Positions 9,308 through 18,175 are shown, counted from the stretch's first letter. The stretch: DNA of 64,000 bases from Chloroflexia bacterium (GCA_046328475.1 JAXLWN010000019.1:12323-76322), one strand, 5' to 3'. The notes: generated by a model not told the origin, from the sequence alone. Numbers and translations: made by a program.

Positions 9308-10306
9308 TTACGAGGCATCCGGCGCGGGCACCCCAGGCTGCTGTTCGGCAGCGGGCGGCAGGGCGGCGGGCGCGGCGAGGTCGGCGGTTCCCAGTCGCCG
9401 GGCGCGGATGAGGGAGGCGGCGATGGCGATGCCGAGGATGAGGACGATGACCAGGAGCGAGATCGCGGTCGGGAGCTTGTACCACTCGCTCGCCAGCATC
9501 TTCAGGCCGACGAAGGTCAGGACGGCCGAGAGGCCGAGCTTCAGGTAGTGGAATTGGTTCACGGCCCCGGCCAGGATGAAGTAGAGCGAGCGCAAGCCGA
9601 GGATGGCGAAGACGTTCGAGGTGAAGACGATGAACGGGTCCTGGGTGACGGCGAAGATGGCCGGGATCGAGTCGACCGCGAAGATCAGGTCGGTGCTCTC
9701 GACCATCAGCAGCACCAGGAAGAGGGGTGTCGCCATCAGGACGCCCGCCTGGCGCACGAAGAAGTGCTCGCCCTGGTAGTCCCGCGTGACGCGGAAGAAG
9801 CGGCGGAAGAGGCGGATGAGCGGATTCTGCTCGGGGTGGATCTCCGAGTTGTCGTGGAAGGCCATGCGGATGCCGGTGAAGACGAGGAAGGCCCCGAAGA
9901 TGTAGATGATCCAGTGGAACTGCTTGATCAGCGCCGCGCCCGCCGCGATCATCACGCCGCGCATGACGAGCGCGCCGATGATGCCCCAGAAGAGGACGCG
10001 GTGCTGGTAGGCTGCCGGGACGGCGAAGTAGGTGAAGATCAGCACGAAGACGAAGATGTTGTCCATGCTCAGGGAGTATTCGATCACGTAGCCGGCGGCG
10101 AAGGCGAGCGCCTGCTCGCTGCCGTTGCGCAGCCAGAGGCCGATGCCGAAGAGCGTGGCGAGGCTGATCCAGACGACGGTCCAGATGCCCGCTTCCTTGA
10201 TCGAGACAGTGTGGGTTTTGCGATGGAAGACGCCGAGGTCGATGGCGAGCATCGCCAGGATGAAGAGGACGAAGCCTCCCCAGACGAGCAGGGTTTCGAC
10301 GGACAT
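9308..10306 (-). CDS. TerC/Alx-family integral membrane protein (putative Mn/metal exporter)
   Basis: 332 aa. The N-terminus MSVETLLVWGGFVLFILAMLAIDLGVF and the EYSLSMDNIFVF motif are typical of TerC family proteins. Confidence 0.85.
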   Translation of the reverse strand: MSVETLLVWGGFVLFILAMLAIDLGVFHRKTHTVSIKEAGIWTVVWISLATLFGIGLWLRNGSEQALAFAAGYVIEYSLSMDNIFVFVLIFTYFAVPAAYQHRVLFWGIIGALVMRGVMIAAGAALIKQFHWIIYIFGAFLVFTGIRMAFHDNSEIHPEQNPLIRLFRRFFRVTRDYQGEHFFVRQAGVLMATPLFLVLLMVESTDLIFAVDSIPAIFAVTQDPFIVFTSNVFAILGLRSLYFILAGAVNQFHYLKLGLSAVLTFVGLKMLASEWYKLPTAISLLVIVLILGIAIAASLIRARRLGTADLAAPAALPPAAEQQPGVPAPDAS

Positions 10307-10379
10307 TGCCCAGCCTCCAGTTCATGCCGGGCCGCGGGGCAAAGAAAAACGCGAGCCCCCACGGCACAATGAAGTGACG

Positions 10380-10495
10380 TGGTGGTCTCGCCGTCCGTGG
10401 CTGCGCACGTTCCCGAGCGACCGGGGGCTGGTGGCCCCGTACTGACGATCGCGCGGCCCGCGTGGGGATCACGCGGGTGGCTACTCCCCTACCGA
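10380..10495 (-). promoter_or_regulatory. yybP-ykoY-type (Mn2+) riboswitch candidate in the TerC leader
   Basis: The minus strand reads ..tAGGGGAGUAGCC.. (complement of 10481-10491), then GUCAGUAC, then ACGGCGAGACCACC (complement of 10381-10394). This matches the conserved GGGGAGUAG and GAGACC cores. The genomic context (TerC/Alx) is the classic one. Confidence 0.65.
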
Positions 10496-10569
10496 CTGGC
10501 AGCGTAGCACGCGAGCGAAGCGCCGATCAAGGGTTGCGGGGGGCTATGGCAAGAATCGGGAAGTTTGCC

Positions 10570-10605
10570 CCGGTGGCGGCGGGAAGGTCTTCCCGCCGCC
10601 ACCGG
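10570..10605. terminator. perfect 17-bp-stem hairpin downstream of the acyl-CoA ligase gene
   Basis: ccggtggcggcgggaag-gt-cttcccgccgccaccgg, immediately 3' of the minus-strand stop at 10616. Confidence 0.5.
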
Positions 10606-10615
10606 GAGGGAAGGG

Positions 10616-12153
10616 CTACGGACGCTCGACGGCGACCATGCCGGAGTCCAGCTGCCCGCGCTCGGTGACGAGGGCGGAGCGGCGGACTTTGCCCGCCTCC
10701 GAACGGAGGAAGGAGTCGGCGAACTCGTAGGTCTTGGGGACCTTGTAGGCGGCGAGGCGTTCGCGGCAGTAGGCGTCGAGGTCGGCCACGGCGGGCGGGT
10801 CGGCGGGATCGGCGGGTTGCACGATCGCGTGGACGCGCTTGCCCCACTCGACGTCGGGGACGCCGATGACGACGACATCGCCGATGGCGGGGTGGCCGCT
10901 GAGGACGGCCTCCACCTCGGCCGGGTAGACGTTGGCACCGCCGGTGATGATCAAGTCCACCCGGCGGTCGGCGAGGAAGAGGTAGCACTCGTCGTCGAGC
11001 CAACCGAGGTCGCCCATGGTGTGAAGCCGTCGGGGGTGGACCTGGCGGGGGCGAGCCGATGTATTCGTGGGTCGGGGCGAGGGGCCTTTCAGGCGCAGGA
11101 AGATCTCGCCGACCTGCCCGGTCGGGAGGTCGTTGCCCTCGGCGTCGAGGATGCGGACGTCGGAGAAGGTGGTCCGCCCGACGCTGCCGGGGTGGGCCAG
11201 CCACTCATCGCCCCGGATGGCGGTGGCACCGATGCCCTCGGTCATCGAGCAGAGCCGTAAATTTCTCGGGGCCGATGCGAGGTCGAACCAGGCGCGCTTG
11301 AGCCAGGGTGGGCAGGGGCGGCGGTGCTGGCGATGCCCCGGAGGCTGGAAAAGTCGTGCTCGCGGACATCCGGGAGGTTGGCGATGCGCTGCATGGCGGT
11401 GGAGGCGCAGAAGATCCACTCGATGCGGTGCCGCTCGATCAGGTCCACGGCGTGGGCGGCGTCGAAGCGGTCCATGATGACCAGGGTGTGGCCGTAGAAG
11501 AGGCCGAGGTAGGCCCCGTTCCAGGAGGTGGCGTGGTAGAGGGGGCCGATGACGAGCTGGACCTGATTGGCCCCGGAGCCGAGGGCGGTCAGGAGGAGCG
11601 CGACGTTCGCCGGGTCGCCTTCCTGCCGGCCGGGGGTGACGATGATCTTGGGGCGGCCGGTGGAGCCGCCGGAGGCGAGGGCGCGGCCGGGTTCGGAGAC
11701 GTTGTCGGGGAGGGAATCGGCGGGGTTCTCGGCGGCGCGGGCGAGGTCGGCGGGGGGGAGGCTGGGATAGGCGAGGCCGGACCAGTCGGAGATGACGAGC
11801 GCGGGGTTGGCGAGGTCGAGGATGGCGTCTCGCTCGTAGGGGGGCAGGGCGGCGCGGAGGGTGAGGACCATCGCGCCGAGCTTCCAGAGGGCGAAGCTGA
11901 TCGCGACGTGCTCGGGGCTGTTGGGGAAGCCGATGACGACGGTATCGCGCTCGCCGATGCCCCGGTCGGCGAGCAGGCGCGCGACCTGGTTGGCCTGGCG
12001 CTCCAGCTCGGCCCAGGTGGTGCGGCGCTCTGCGCCGTGGAGTGGGGCGAAGATGAGCGCGGTGGCGTCGGGGCGCTCGGCGGCGAGTTGGGTGAGGCGG
12101 CGACCGTAGGAGACCGGCTGCGGGGTGGGTGCGGTGGTTGCGGACATCGGCAT
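10616..12153 (-). pseudogene. AMP-dependent synthetase/ligase (acyl-CoA synthetase family), multiply frameshifted
   Basis: The N-terminal 300 aa are in one frame (ASGGSTGRPKII P-loop motif). CPPWLKRAWFDL, SMTEGIGATAIRGDEWLAHPGSVGR and HTMGDLGWLDDECYLFLADRRVDLIITGGANVYPAEVE...AYKVPK are in another frame, with garbled stretches between. Confidence 0.8.
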
Positions 12154-12299
12154 CCTCCCTCAATGGCGCGGTTTGTGGGGCGGTCTGGCGTGCGGGGGAT
12201 AGTAGCACGGCCGGGGCGGGGGTGTGGGGCGTGAGGGCGTGAGAGCGTGAGGGCGTGAGGGCGTTCGTGTGTAAGTGCGACTGTGTGTAAATGGATTAC

Positions 12300-12700
12300 A
12301 TGTAAGCGGAGTGGCGCGCTTACGCGGGGGAAAGTAGGTTTGTTTTGCGGTTTTTAACCTTCTCCTTCTCCGGGCGCGGGTGGGGCGAGGCGCAAAGCGA
12401 AAAAGACGGATGCTTCGCTGCGCTCAGCATGACAGGGGGGCGGGGGGCGGCGTAGGGGTGAGGGTGTGGCTGGCGAAGGCAAGGCCCCCCTACATCCCCC
12501 CAATCCTGGGGGGACTTTGACGTGTGGCGAGCGAAGATGGTGATGCTCATGGTAGGGCCTCCTTGGTGGTGTGGGTAGGGCGCGTCGTGGCGAACGGGTA
12601 TGAGCGCCGGGTTGTCTGGGCGGCGAGAAGATGGCCGCTATCTCTACGGACCCATCGAGGGGGGCGGATCATGCCACAGTGGGGGAAATTGGGTGGTGAG
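12300..12700. repeat. mosaic intergenic repeat element, copy B (inverted relative to 7060-7400)
   Basis: 12323-12348 and 12637-12685 are reverse complements of 7364-7389 and 7102-7150. It also contains the cttcgctgcgctcagcatgaca module seen at 25083 and 49103. Confidence 0.75.
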
Positions 12701-12717
12701 GGGAGACCTGAGGGGTG

Positions 12718-13257
12718 TTAGCAGTCGAATACTGACCAGCAGATGGCGTTGCGCAGGTGCTGGTCGTCGAGGACGAGGGCGCGGATGGCTGCGGGGAGCT
12801 GGTCGCGCTGCCACTGGCACTCGCGGTGCCCCGCGTCCTTGCCCGACCCTGCTGGTGCGGCGGCGCGGGCGGCTTTGATGGCGTAGGCGGCGGCTCCGAG
12901 TTCGTGCGCGGCGACGTGGGCGACCAGCGCGGCCTGGGCGGCGGCGTAGGCGGCGTGTCGCGCGGCCCCGCGCAGGTCGCGCGCGGCGGCGTTCGCGTGG
13001 CCGCCCGCCGTGCGGGACTGGGTCATGGAGATCTCGCCGCGCGCCCAGGCGCGGGCTTGCTCGATCGCATGGCGCGGTCGCGGGTCGTCCGGCCGAACCG
13101 CCGCGAAGAGGAGCAGGACGTGTTCGGCGCACGCCGCCGCCCAGAGGGCGAGGAGGTGGTGATCGGCGTCGGTGAGGGTGCCGCCGCGACGGATGGTGAT
13201 GAAGCGCGGGTCGCGTTCTTTGGGGAGGATCATCGTCGGTACCCTTTCTGTTGCCAT
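12718..13257 (-). CDS. conserved hypothetical all-helical protein (possibly Imm-5-like putative immunity family)
   Basis: 179-aa Ala-rich ORF starting ...RFITIRRGGTLTDADHHLLALWAAACAEHVL. The family assignment is from memory only. Confidence 0.4.
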   Translation of the reverse strand: MATERVPTMILPKERDPRFITIRRGGTLTDADHHLLALWAAACAEHVLLLFAAVRPDDPRPRHAIEQARAWARGEISMTQSRTAGGHANAAARDLRGAARHAAYAAAQAALVAHVAAHELGAAAYAIKAARAAAPAGSGKDAGHRECQWQRDQLPAAIRALVLDDQHLRNAICWSVFDC

Positions 13258-13347
13258 CTGCCCAACGGATTGCGGCTATTTCTGGCGGGAGGGCGTTTCG
13301 GCAAGTGTGGCCGCTGCGATCTTGCGACGTCTATTGGCCTTGACGAA

Positions 13348-13396
13348 CCTCATCCCGCCGCCTGCGGGCGGCACCGCACCCTCCCTACGGAGGGTA
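13348..13396. repeat. REP-like unit (family 1)
   Basis: cctcatcccgccgcctgcgggcggcaccgcaccctccctacggagggt. Confidence 0.7.
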
Positions 13397-13446
13397 CCCG
13401 CCCACCGATTGGGAGAGGGGAAGATTCCTATCCGGCAGGCATCGTA

Positions 13447-14760
13447 TTAGTCCGGGAGGGGTGGGCCGCCACGGTTGTAGGTGGTGGTGTGGAGGAAGGC
13501 GAGGGCGTCGAAGTTGGTGAGGCTGGCGGGGGTGAGGGGGTAGTAACCGGGGTTCTTGCGGCTGCCGGTGCGGGTGGGGAGGGCGGTGATGGCGGAGGCG
13601 GGGAGGCGCTGGCCCTGGTGGGTGGGGAGGAAGAGGGCGGGGCCGGGCTGGGCGGTGAGCAGGGCTTCGAGGGTGCCGGGTTCGGGCTGGCCGATGCCGT
13701 TGTCGGGGGAGGTGCCGACGCCGGAGCCGATGGCGGCGTAGCGCGGGCCGAGGAGGGTCGCGAGGTGCGCGCCTGCGGGCCACCAGACGAGGTGCTGGGG
13801 GCCGAGTTGCCACTCGATGGGTTGCGTGCGCTGGAGGTGCTGGTTGTGGGCGAAGGCGAGGACGCGGCCCCGGCCGCGCTCGCGGGCGACGGTGAAGGCG
13901 AGGTTGTCGGCCATGATCGCGTCGCGGATGCCGAGGAGGGTGGAGAGGCGGTCGTCGGAGGCGCGGGCGAGCCCGGCGTGGTAGGTGAGGAAGAGCCGGG
14001 CGATCGAGGCGTAGTGCAGGGCTTCCAAGAAGCGATCCGCGCCGCCCCTGGCGATCAGTTCGGGGCGGCGCAGCTGCAATGCGGTGATCAGTTCTTCGGT
14101 TTCGAGGCGGAGGGCGTTGGCGGCGTCCGACAGGCCGATGCCTGCGCTGGGGTCCATGAGGGCGGCGGGGTTTTCCCAGGCGGCGTCGGGGCCGAGGAGC
14201 GTTTCGATGCGCTCGCGCCGCTGGTGGGCGCGGGGATCGGCGAGCGAGGCGAGGTAGTCGAGGGGAAAGAGGAGGAGTTGGCGCGGGCTGTCGGTGCTGT
14301 AGGACTCGGAGGGGCTATCGACGCCGTAGAAGTGGAGCCTGGTCGGGTGCGCGGGGTCGGCGTTGTAGGCGCGCATCCACTCGATCAGTTCGCGGTTGGC
14401 GTCGAGTCGGCCGAAGTTGTGGCTGAAGCCGGTTTCCTGAATCTCCGCGAAGGTCGCCGGGCCGCGACCGAGCACGTAGTCGTTGGCGATGCGGCCACGG
14501 GGGAAGCTGCTTTCGATGGCGATGGCGCTGTAGCCGTGGGCTTCCGCGAGGCGCTGGAAGAGGCGATTGCGGAGGATGAGGGTTTCTTCGCTGCCGTGGA
14601 GGGCTTCGCCGAAGCCGAGGAGCTCCACCCGGTCGCCGAGCGAGGTCAGCAGCCTGGCGACGGCGGCATCGAATGCGCCCGACTCATCGATCGAGAAGGA
14701 CTGCGCTTCGCGCGCGATCCATTCATTGAGCGTCGCGTACAGTGGCATGGGACCAGGCAT
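13447..14760 (-). CDS. erythromycin-esterase-family protein (Ere-like)
   Basis: LLGFGEALHGSEETLILRNRLFQRLAEAHGYSAIAIESSFP matches the Ere family N-terminal signature. The Met at 14760 is preceded by GGAAGGGAG. The ORF is open to 14967. Confidence 0.7.
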   Translation of the reverse strand: MPGPMPLYATLNEWIAREAQSFSIDESGAFDAAVARLLTSLGDRVELLGFGEALHGSEETLILRNRLFQRLAEAHGYSAIAIESSFPRGRIANDYVLGRGPATFAEIQETGFSHNFGRLDANRELIEWMRAYNADPAHPTRLHFYGVDSPSESYSTDSPRQLLLFPLDYLASLADPRAHQRRERIETLLGPDAAWENPAALMDPSAGIGLSDAANALRLETEELITALQLRRPELIARGGADRFLEALHYASIARLFLTYHAGLARASDDRLSTLLGIRDAIMADNLAFTVARERGRGRVLAFAHNQHLQRTQPIEWQLGPQHLVWWPAGAHLATLLGPRYAAIGSGVGTSPDNGIGQPEPGTLEALLTAQPGPALFLPTHQGQRLPASAITALPTRTGSRKNPGYYPLTPASLTNFDALAFLHTTTYNRGGPPLPD

Positions 14761-14798
14761 CTGCACTCCCTTCCTTGGTCTGCCGGGTTTGACCTCCG

Positions 14799-14814
14799 CT
14801 ACAATCCATTGTAG
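14799..14814. promoter_or_regulatory. candidate operator palindrome in divergent intergenic region
   Basis: CTACAAT-CC-ATTGTAG is a perfect 7-2-7 inverted repeat between the esterase (-) and MerR-like (+) genes. TACAAT on the minus strand could also serve as a -10 box. Confidence 0.3.
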
Positions 14815-14921
14815 GACTCCGATGCAACTGTTGAGGGTTGGAAGGAGTATTACGGCTCTGTCGCTAGCAATCTGCCAGGAAGCTACTCGAAAAGCCGCCC
14901 TCCATATAGTGAGAGTTTGAG

Positions 14922-15923
14922 ATGAAGGAGAAGATCTATTTGCGCACGAGCGATCTCGCCCGGGCAACCGAGATCAGCGTGCAGCAGGTGCGCAATTACG
15001 AGGCGGGCGGGTTCCTCCCGGCGGTCGAGCGCAGCCCGAGCGGGTACCGTCGCTATACCCGGCGGCATCTCGTGGCGCTCCAGGCGACGCGGCAAATGAT
15101 CGGTGGATATGGCTGGCAGCGGACACAGGAGATCATGCAGGCGGCCAATCAGGGCAGGCTGGCCGAGGCGCTGGCGGCGATCGATGGGCAGCACGCCGAG
15201 ATCGATCGGGCGCGACAGCAGCTGGAGCAGACGCTGGCGGCGCTCGGCGTCCTGGCGGCGCAGTTGCCCTCGATGGCCTCCTCGCGCGCGACCCAACAAC
15301 TGCATGTCGGCGCGGCGGCGCGGCTCGTCGGTGTGCGCGTCTCGGCGGTGCGCTTCTGGGAGCAGCAGGGGTTGCTGCAGCCCGCCCGCGAGAGCGGCAG
15401 CCGGTATCGCGTCTATGGCGAGCGGCAATTGCGCCGCCTGCGCATCGTCGCGTTGCTCAGGCAGGCGAACTACGACTTCGCCGCGATTCGGACCACGCTG
15501 GACGAGCTTGAGGCGGGGCAGCCGCAGCGCGCGGTGGCGGCGGTCACGCAGCGGCGCGCTGAGCTGGCTGGGCTGAGTTGGCGGTGCCTGCAAGCGCTGG
15601 CCTCGTTTTATGCGTATGCCAGTGAGTTTTCGGACCTCGCCCCGCCAGGGGACCTCACCCCTGCCAGCGCCCGCGGGCGGCACCCCCTCCTCATACCGAA
15701 GCGTGGCGAGAATCCATGGTCGGTCTCGACGGGGGTCTCGGCGAGGGTCTGCAGCTTGGTCCGGCAGCGCGCCTTGACCTCCTCGGCCCGGGCCGCGAGG
15801 CTGGCGAAGAAGTGGCCGACTTTCTCCTGCACGGCCGCCTTGGTGCCCAGGCAGGTGTTCGCGGCTACCTCCTCGCGGACCCACGCCCAGATGGCCTCAT
15901 CCGCGTTGAAGTCGGGGCTGTAG
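14922..15923 (+). CDS. MerR-family regulator with two tandem HTH_MerR domains; C-terminus altered by IS insertion
   Basis: First domain: LRTSDLARATEISVQQVRNYEAGGFLP...GYRRYTRRHL. Second domain: HVGAAARLVGVRVSAVRFWEQQGLL...GSRYRVYGERQL. After about 15650 the ORF runs through a REP unit and then antisense through the IS (from 15696). Confidence 0.7.
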   Translation: MKEKIYLRTSDLARATEISVQQVRNYEAGGFLPAVERSPSGYRRYTRRHLVALQATRQMIGGYGWQRTQEIMQAANQGRLAEALAAIDGQHAEIDRARQQLEQTLAALGVLAAQLPSMASSRATQQLHVGAAARLVGVRVSAVRFWEQQGLLQPARESGSRYRVYGERQLRRLRIVALLRQANYDFAAIRTTLDELEAGQPQRAVAAVTQRRAELAGLSWRCLQALASFYAYASEFSDLAPPGDLTPASARGRHPLLIPKRGENPWSVSTGVSARVCSLVRQRALTSSARAARLAKKWPTFSCTAALVPRQVFAATSSRTHAQMASSALKSGL

Positions 15924-16876
15924 GCGGGCAAGCGGCAGACGCGCAGGTTCACGTCGGGCGTCGCCAGGTGGCCCGTACCGCCTCGCCGCCGTGGACGAGC
16001 TGTTGTCCCAGATAATGGTGAGCGGCCCGGCATGGTTGGCGCGCAGTTGCGCCAGGAACGCGGCGGTCGCGGCTGGTGCTTGGTGCCGGTCAGCTTCCAT
16101 GTGCTCCACCTCGCCCGGTCTCCAGGCAGACCGCCGAGTAGCAGTTGGCCTTCTCGCCCCAGCGCGGGCAGGTCGAGTCGACCAGGGCGGGCTGCTCCTT
16201 GAGCACCCACTTGCCGTGGAGGTCCGCATCGGCGCGGAAGTGCGGCCTCGTCCACGAAGAAGAGCTTCGCCCTGTCGCCCGGGTTTCCACCAGCAACGCC
16301 GCGTACTGCTCGAGAAGGTGGCGCGCTGCTCCTCGTCGGCCTTCAGCAGCCGCTTCTTCGGGCGCTTGTAGGCGAAGCCCAGCCGGTGCAGGTAGCGCAG
16401 GCAGGTCGCGCGGCTGAGGCGGAGGGCCGCAGCGCCGCGATGAACTGGCGCACGACCTTCCAGTTCCAGTTCGCCAGGGCGATGCCCACCTCCGCCGGGC
16501 TGACTTGCACCGCCACCTTCAAGCCAGCCTGACCGCCGCGTCGAGGGCGGGGGAGCCACCGGTTTGCTCGAGCTGGGCGCGTGGCCGCCCTCGCAGAACG
16601 CCGTGAGCCACCCCCCGATGGTATGCGCATCACGGTCGAGGACCGCCGCCACCTTGCCCGCCGACCAGCCTTGCGCCAGCAGCCACAGGGGCGTGCCAAC
16701 GCCTCCGCTCGCGCGGCGTCGGTGCTCGATACACCCAGTCGCGCATCTGCCCCAGATCCAGCCCCCACTGCGCCCGCCCCGCCTGGATGTCGCTCATGGC
16801 CCCCCCGCCCGACGGCAACCCCGGACAGCAAGCTTACACCATCCCCGCCCCTATGCGGGTTTCACCCGCGCTTCGG
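15696..16876 (-). mobile_element. IS630/Tc1-mariner-type insertion sequence (decayed)
   Basis: Terminal inverted repeats ccgaagcg.. (15696) and ..cgcttcgg (16876), with 8 perfect then partial matches. It is flanked by TA (15694-95) and TA (16877-78). The length of 1181 bp is typical for the family. Confidence 0.7.
15700..16797 (-). pseudogene. IS630-family DDE transposase, at least 4 frameshifts
   Basis: Fragments lie in three frames: MSDIQAGRAQWGLDLGQMRDWV; AAVLDRDAHTIGGWLTAF; PAEVGIALANWNWKVVRQFI; LSRATCLRYLHRLGFAYKRPKK; GPLTIIWDN; and LPAYSPDFNADEAIWAWVREEV. Confidence 0.8.
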
Positions 16877-16915
16877 TATAGCAGGAGAGGGGGAGGGATA
16901 ATCCGCCGGGTAAAT

Positions 16916-16948
16916 GGGATGTCGAGAATCCGCGCGCGGCTCCGTCCC
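16916..16948 (+). repeat. 33-nt conserved box, copy 1 (upstream of VOC gene)
   Basis: gggatgtcgagaatccgcgcgcggctccgtccc, ending 51 nt before the start at 16999. Confidence 0.7.
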
Positions 16949-16998
16949 AGGGATACGAGTGGCGGCGATGGGCCGCGCGACGAAGGAGGGGTACCGGC

Positions 16999-17439
16999 AT
17001 GGCGCTTCGGCGGATGGACAATGTGCTGATTGTGGTTGACGACCTGGAGGCGACCAAGGCGTTCTTTGTCGCGCTTGGGCTGGAGTTTGAGGGCGAGGTG
17101 ACTGTCGAAGGCCCCGCAGTGGACCGTCTCATCGACCTGACCAACGTCCGAGCGACCCTCGTGTTCCTGCGCACGCCCGACGGTCACGGGCGGATCGAGT
17201 TGGACAAGTTCCACACGCCGGAGGCGATCAGGATCGGTCCCGCAAGCGTGCCGGTGAACGCGCTCGGGATCCGCCGCGTCATGTTCTCCGTGGACGATAT
17301 CGACGCCGTCGTCGCGCGCCTGCGTGCCCACGGTGCGGAACTGGTCGGCGAGGTGGTGCAGTACGGGGAGACCGATCGGCTCTGCTACGTCCGTGGTCCC
17401 GAGGGGATCATCGTCGGGCTTGCCCAGCAAATTGGCTGA
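16999..17439 (+). CDS. VOC-family protein (glyoxalase/bleomycin-resistance/dioxygenase fold)
   Basis: 146 aa. It starts MDNVLIVVDDLEATKAFFVALGLEF... and ends ...FSVDDIDAVVARLRAHGAELVGEV, which fits the paired beta-alpha-beta-beta-beta modules. Confidence 0.8.
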   Translation: MALRRMDNVLIVVDDLEATKAFFVALGLEFEGEVTVEGPAVDRLIDLTNVRATLVFLRTPDGHGRIELDKFHTPEAIRIGPASVPVNALGIRRVMFSVDDIDAVVARLRAHGAELVGEVVQYGETDRLCYVRGPEGIIVGLAQQIG

Positions 17440-17453
17440 TGGTCCGTCACGGC

Positions 17454-17486
17454 GGGATGTCGAGAATCCGCACGTGGCTCCGTCCC
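17454..17486 (+). repeat. 33-nt conserved box, copy 2 (upstream of DHFR-like gene)
   Basis: gggatgtcgagaatccgcacgtggctccgtccc, with 2 mismatches to copy 1. It ends 68 nt before the start at 17554. Confidence 0.7.
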
Positions 17487-17553
17487 CGAAGTGAGCACGG
17501 CCACAGGGGGCCGTACTGCGCAGGCAGGTAGTAGTCCCAGGAGGAGAACAACG

Positions 17554-18102
17554 ATGAGGAAGCTGTGGGTGAAGGCGTGGATGACGCTGGATGGTGTCTT
17601 CGACGCCGATACGATGGATCACTGGTGGCAGAACAGCAATAGCCCGGAGCGGATGCAGTACATCACGGAGCAGTACGCGCAGGGGGATGCGTACCTGCTG
17701 GGGCGCACCACCTATGAGATGCTGTGGCCGGGCTGGTCCACCCAGACGACCGGCGATGGACCCGGGCCGATCCTCAACCGGATGCACAAATATGTGGTCT
17801 CGACCACGCTCAAGGAAGCGCCCTGGAAGGAATCGACCATCATCTCCGAGAATGTGGTGGAAACGCTCGCCGAATTGAAGCGGCAGCCGGGCAAAGACAT
17901 CATCATCGACGGCAGCGCGACCCTGGTGCAATCGCTGCAGGGGACGGACCTGATCGATGAGTACCGGTTCCTGGTCGAGCCCTTCGTAATGGGGCGGGGC
18001 AGGCGGTTCTTCCCGGACGGGATGGCACCGACGAAGCTGACGCTGGTCGAGAGCAAGGCGCTGCCTTCTGGAACGCTGGCCCTGGTCTACCGGCCGGCAT
18101 GA
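17554..18102 (+). CDS. dihydrofolate-reductase-like (RibD C-terminal domain) family protein
   Basis: MRKLWVKAWMTLDGVF...LLGRTTYEML...YVVSTTL...IIIDGSATLVQSL, a YwjB/RibD_C-like pattern. ATG 17554 is preceded by AGGAGG. Confidence 0.75.
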   Translation: MRKLWVKAWMTLDGVFDADTMDHWWQNSNSPERMQYITEQYAQGDAYLLGRTTYEMLWPGWSTQTTGDGPGPILNRMHKYVVSTTLKEAPWKESTIISENVVETLAELKRQPGKDIIIDGSATLVQSLQGTDLIDEYRFLVEPFVMGRGRRFFPDGMAPTKLTLVESKALPSGTLALVYRPA

Positions 18103-18126
18103 GTGCGACAGTCTGGCAGCGGGGAG

Positions 18127-18175
18127 ACCTCACCCCGCCGCTGCGGCGGCACCCCTCTCCCGCGAGGAGAGGGGA
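18127..18175. repeat. REP-like unit (family 1)
   Basis: acctcaccccgccgctgcggcggcacccctctcccgcgaggagagggga. Confidence 0.7.
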
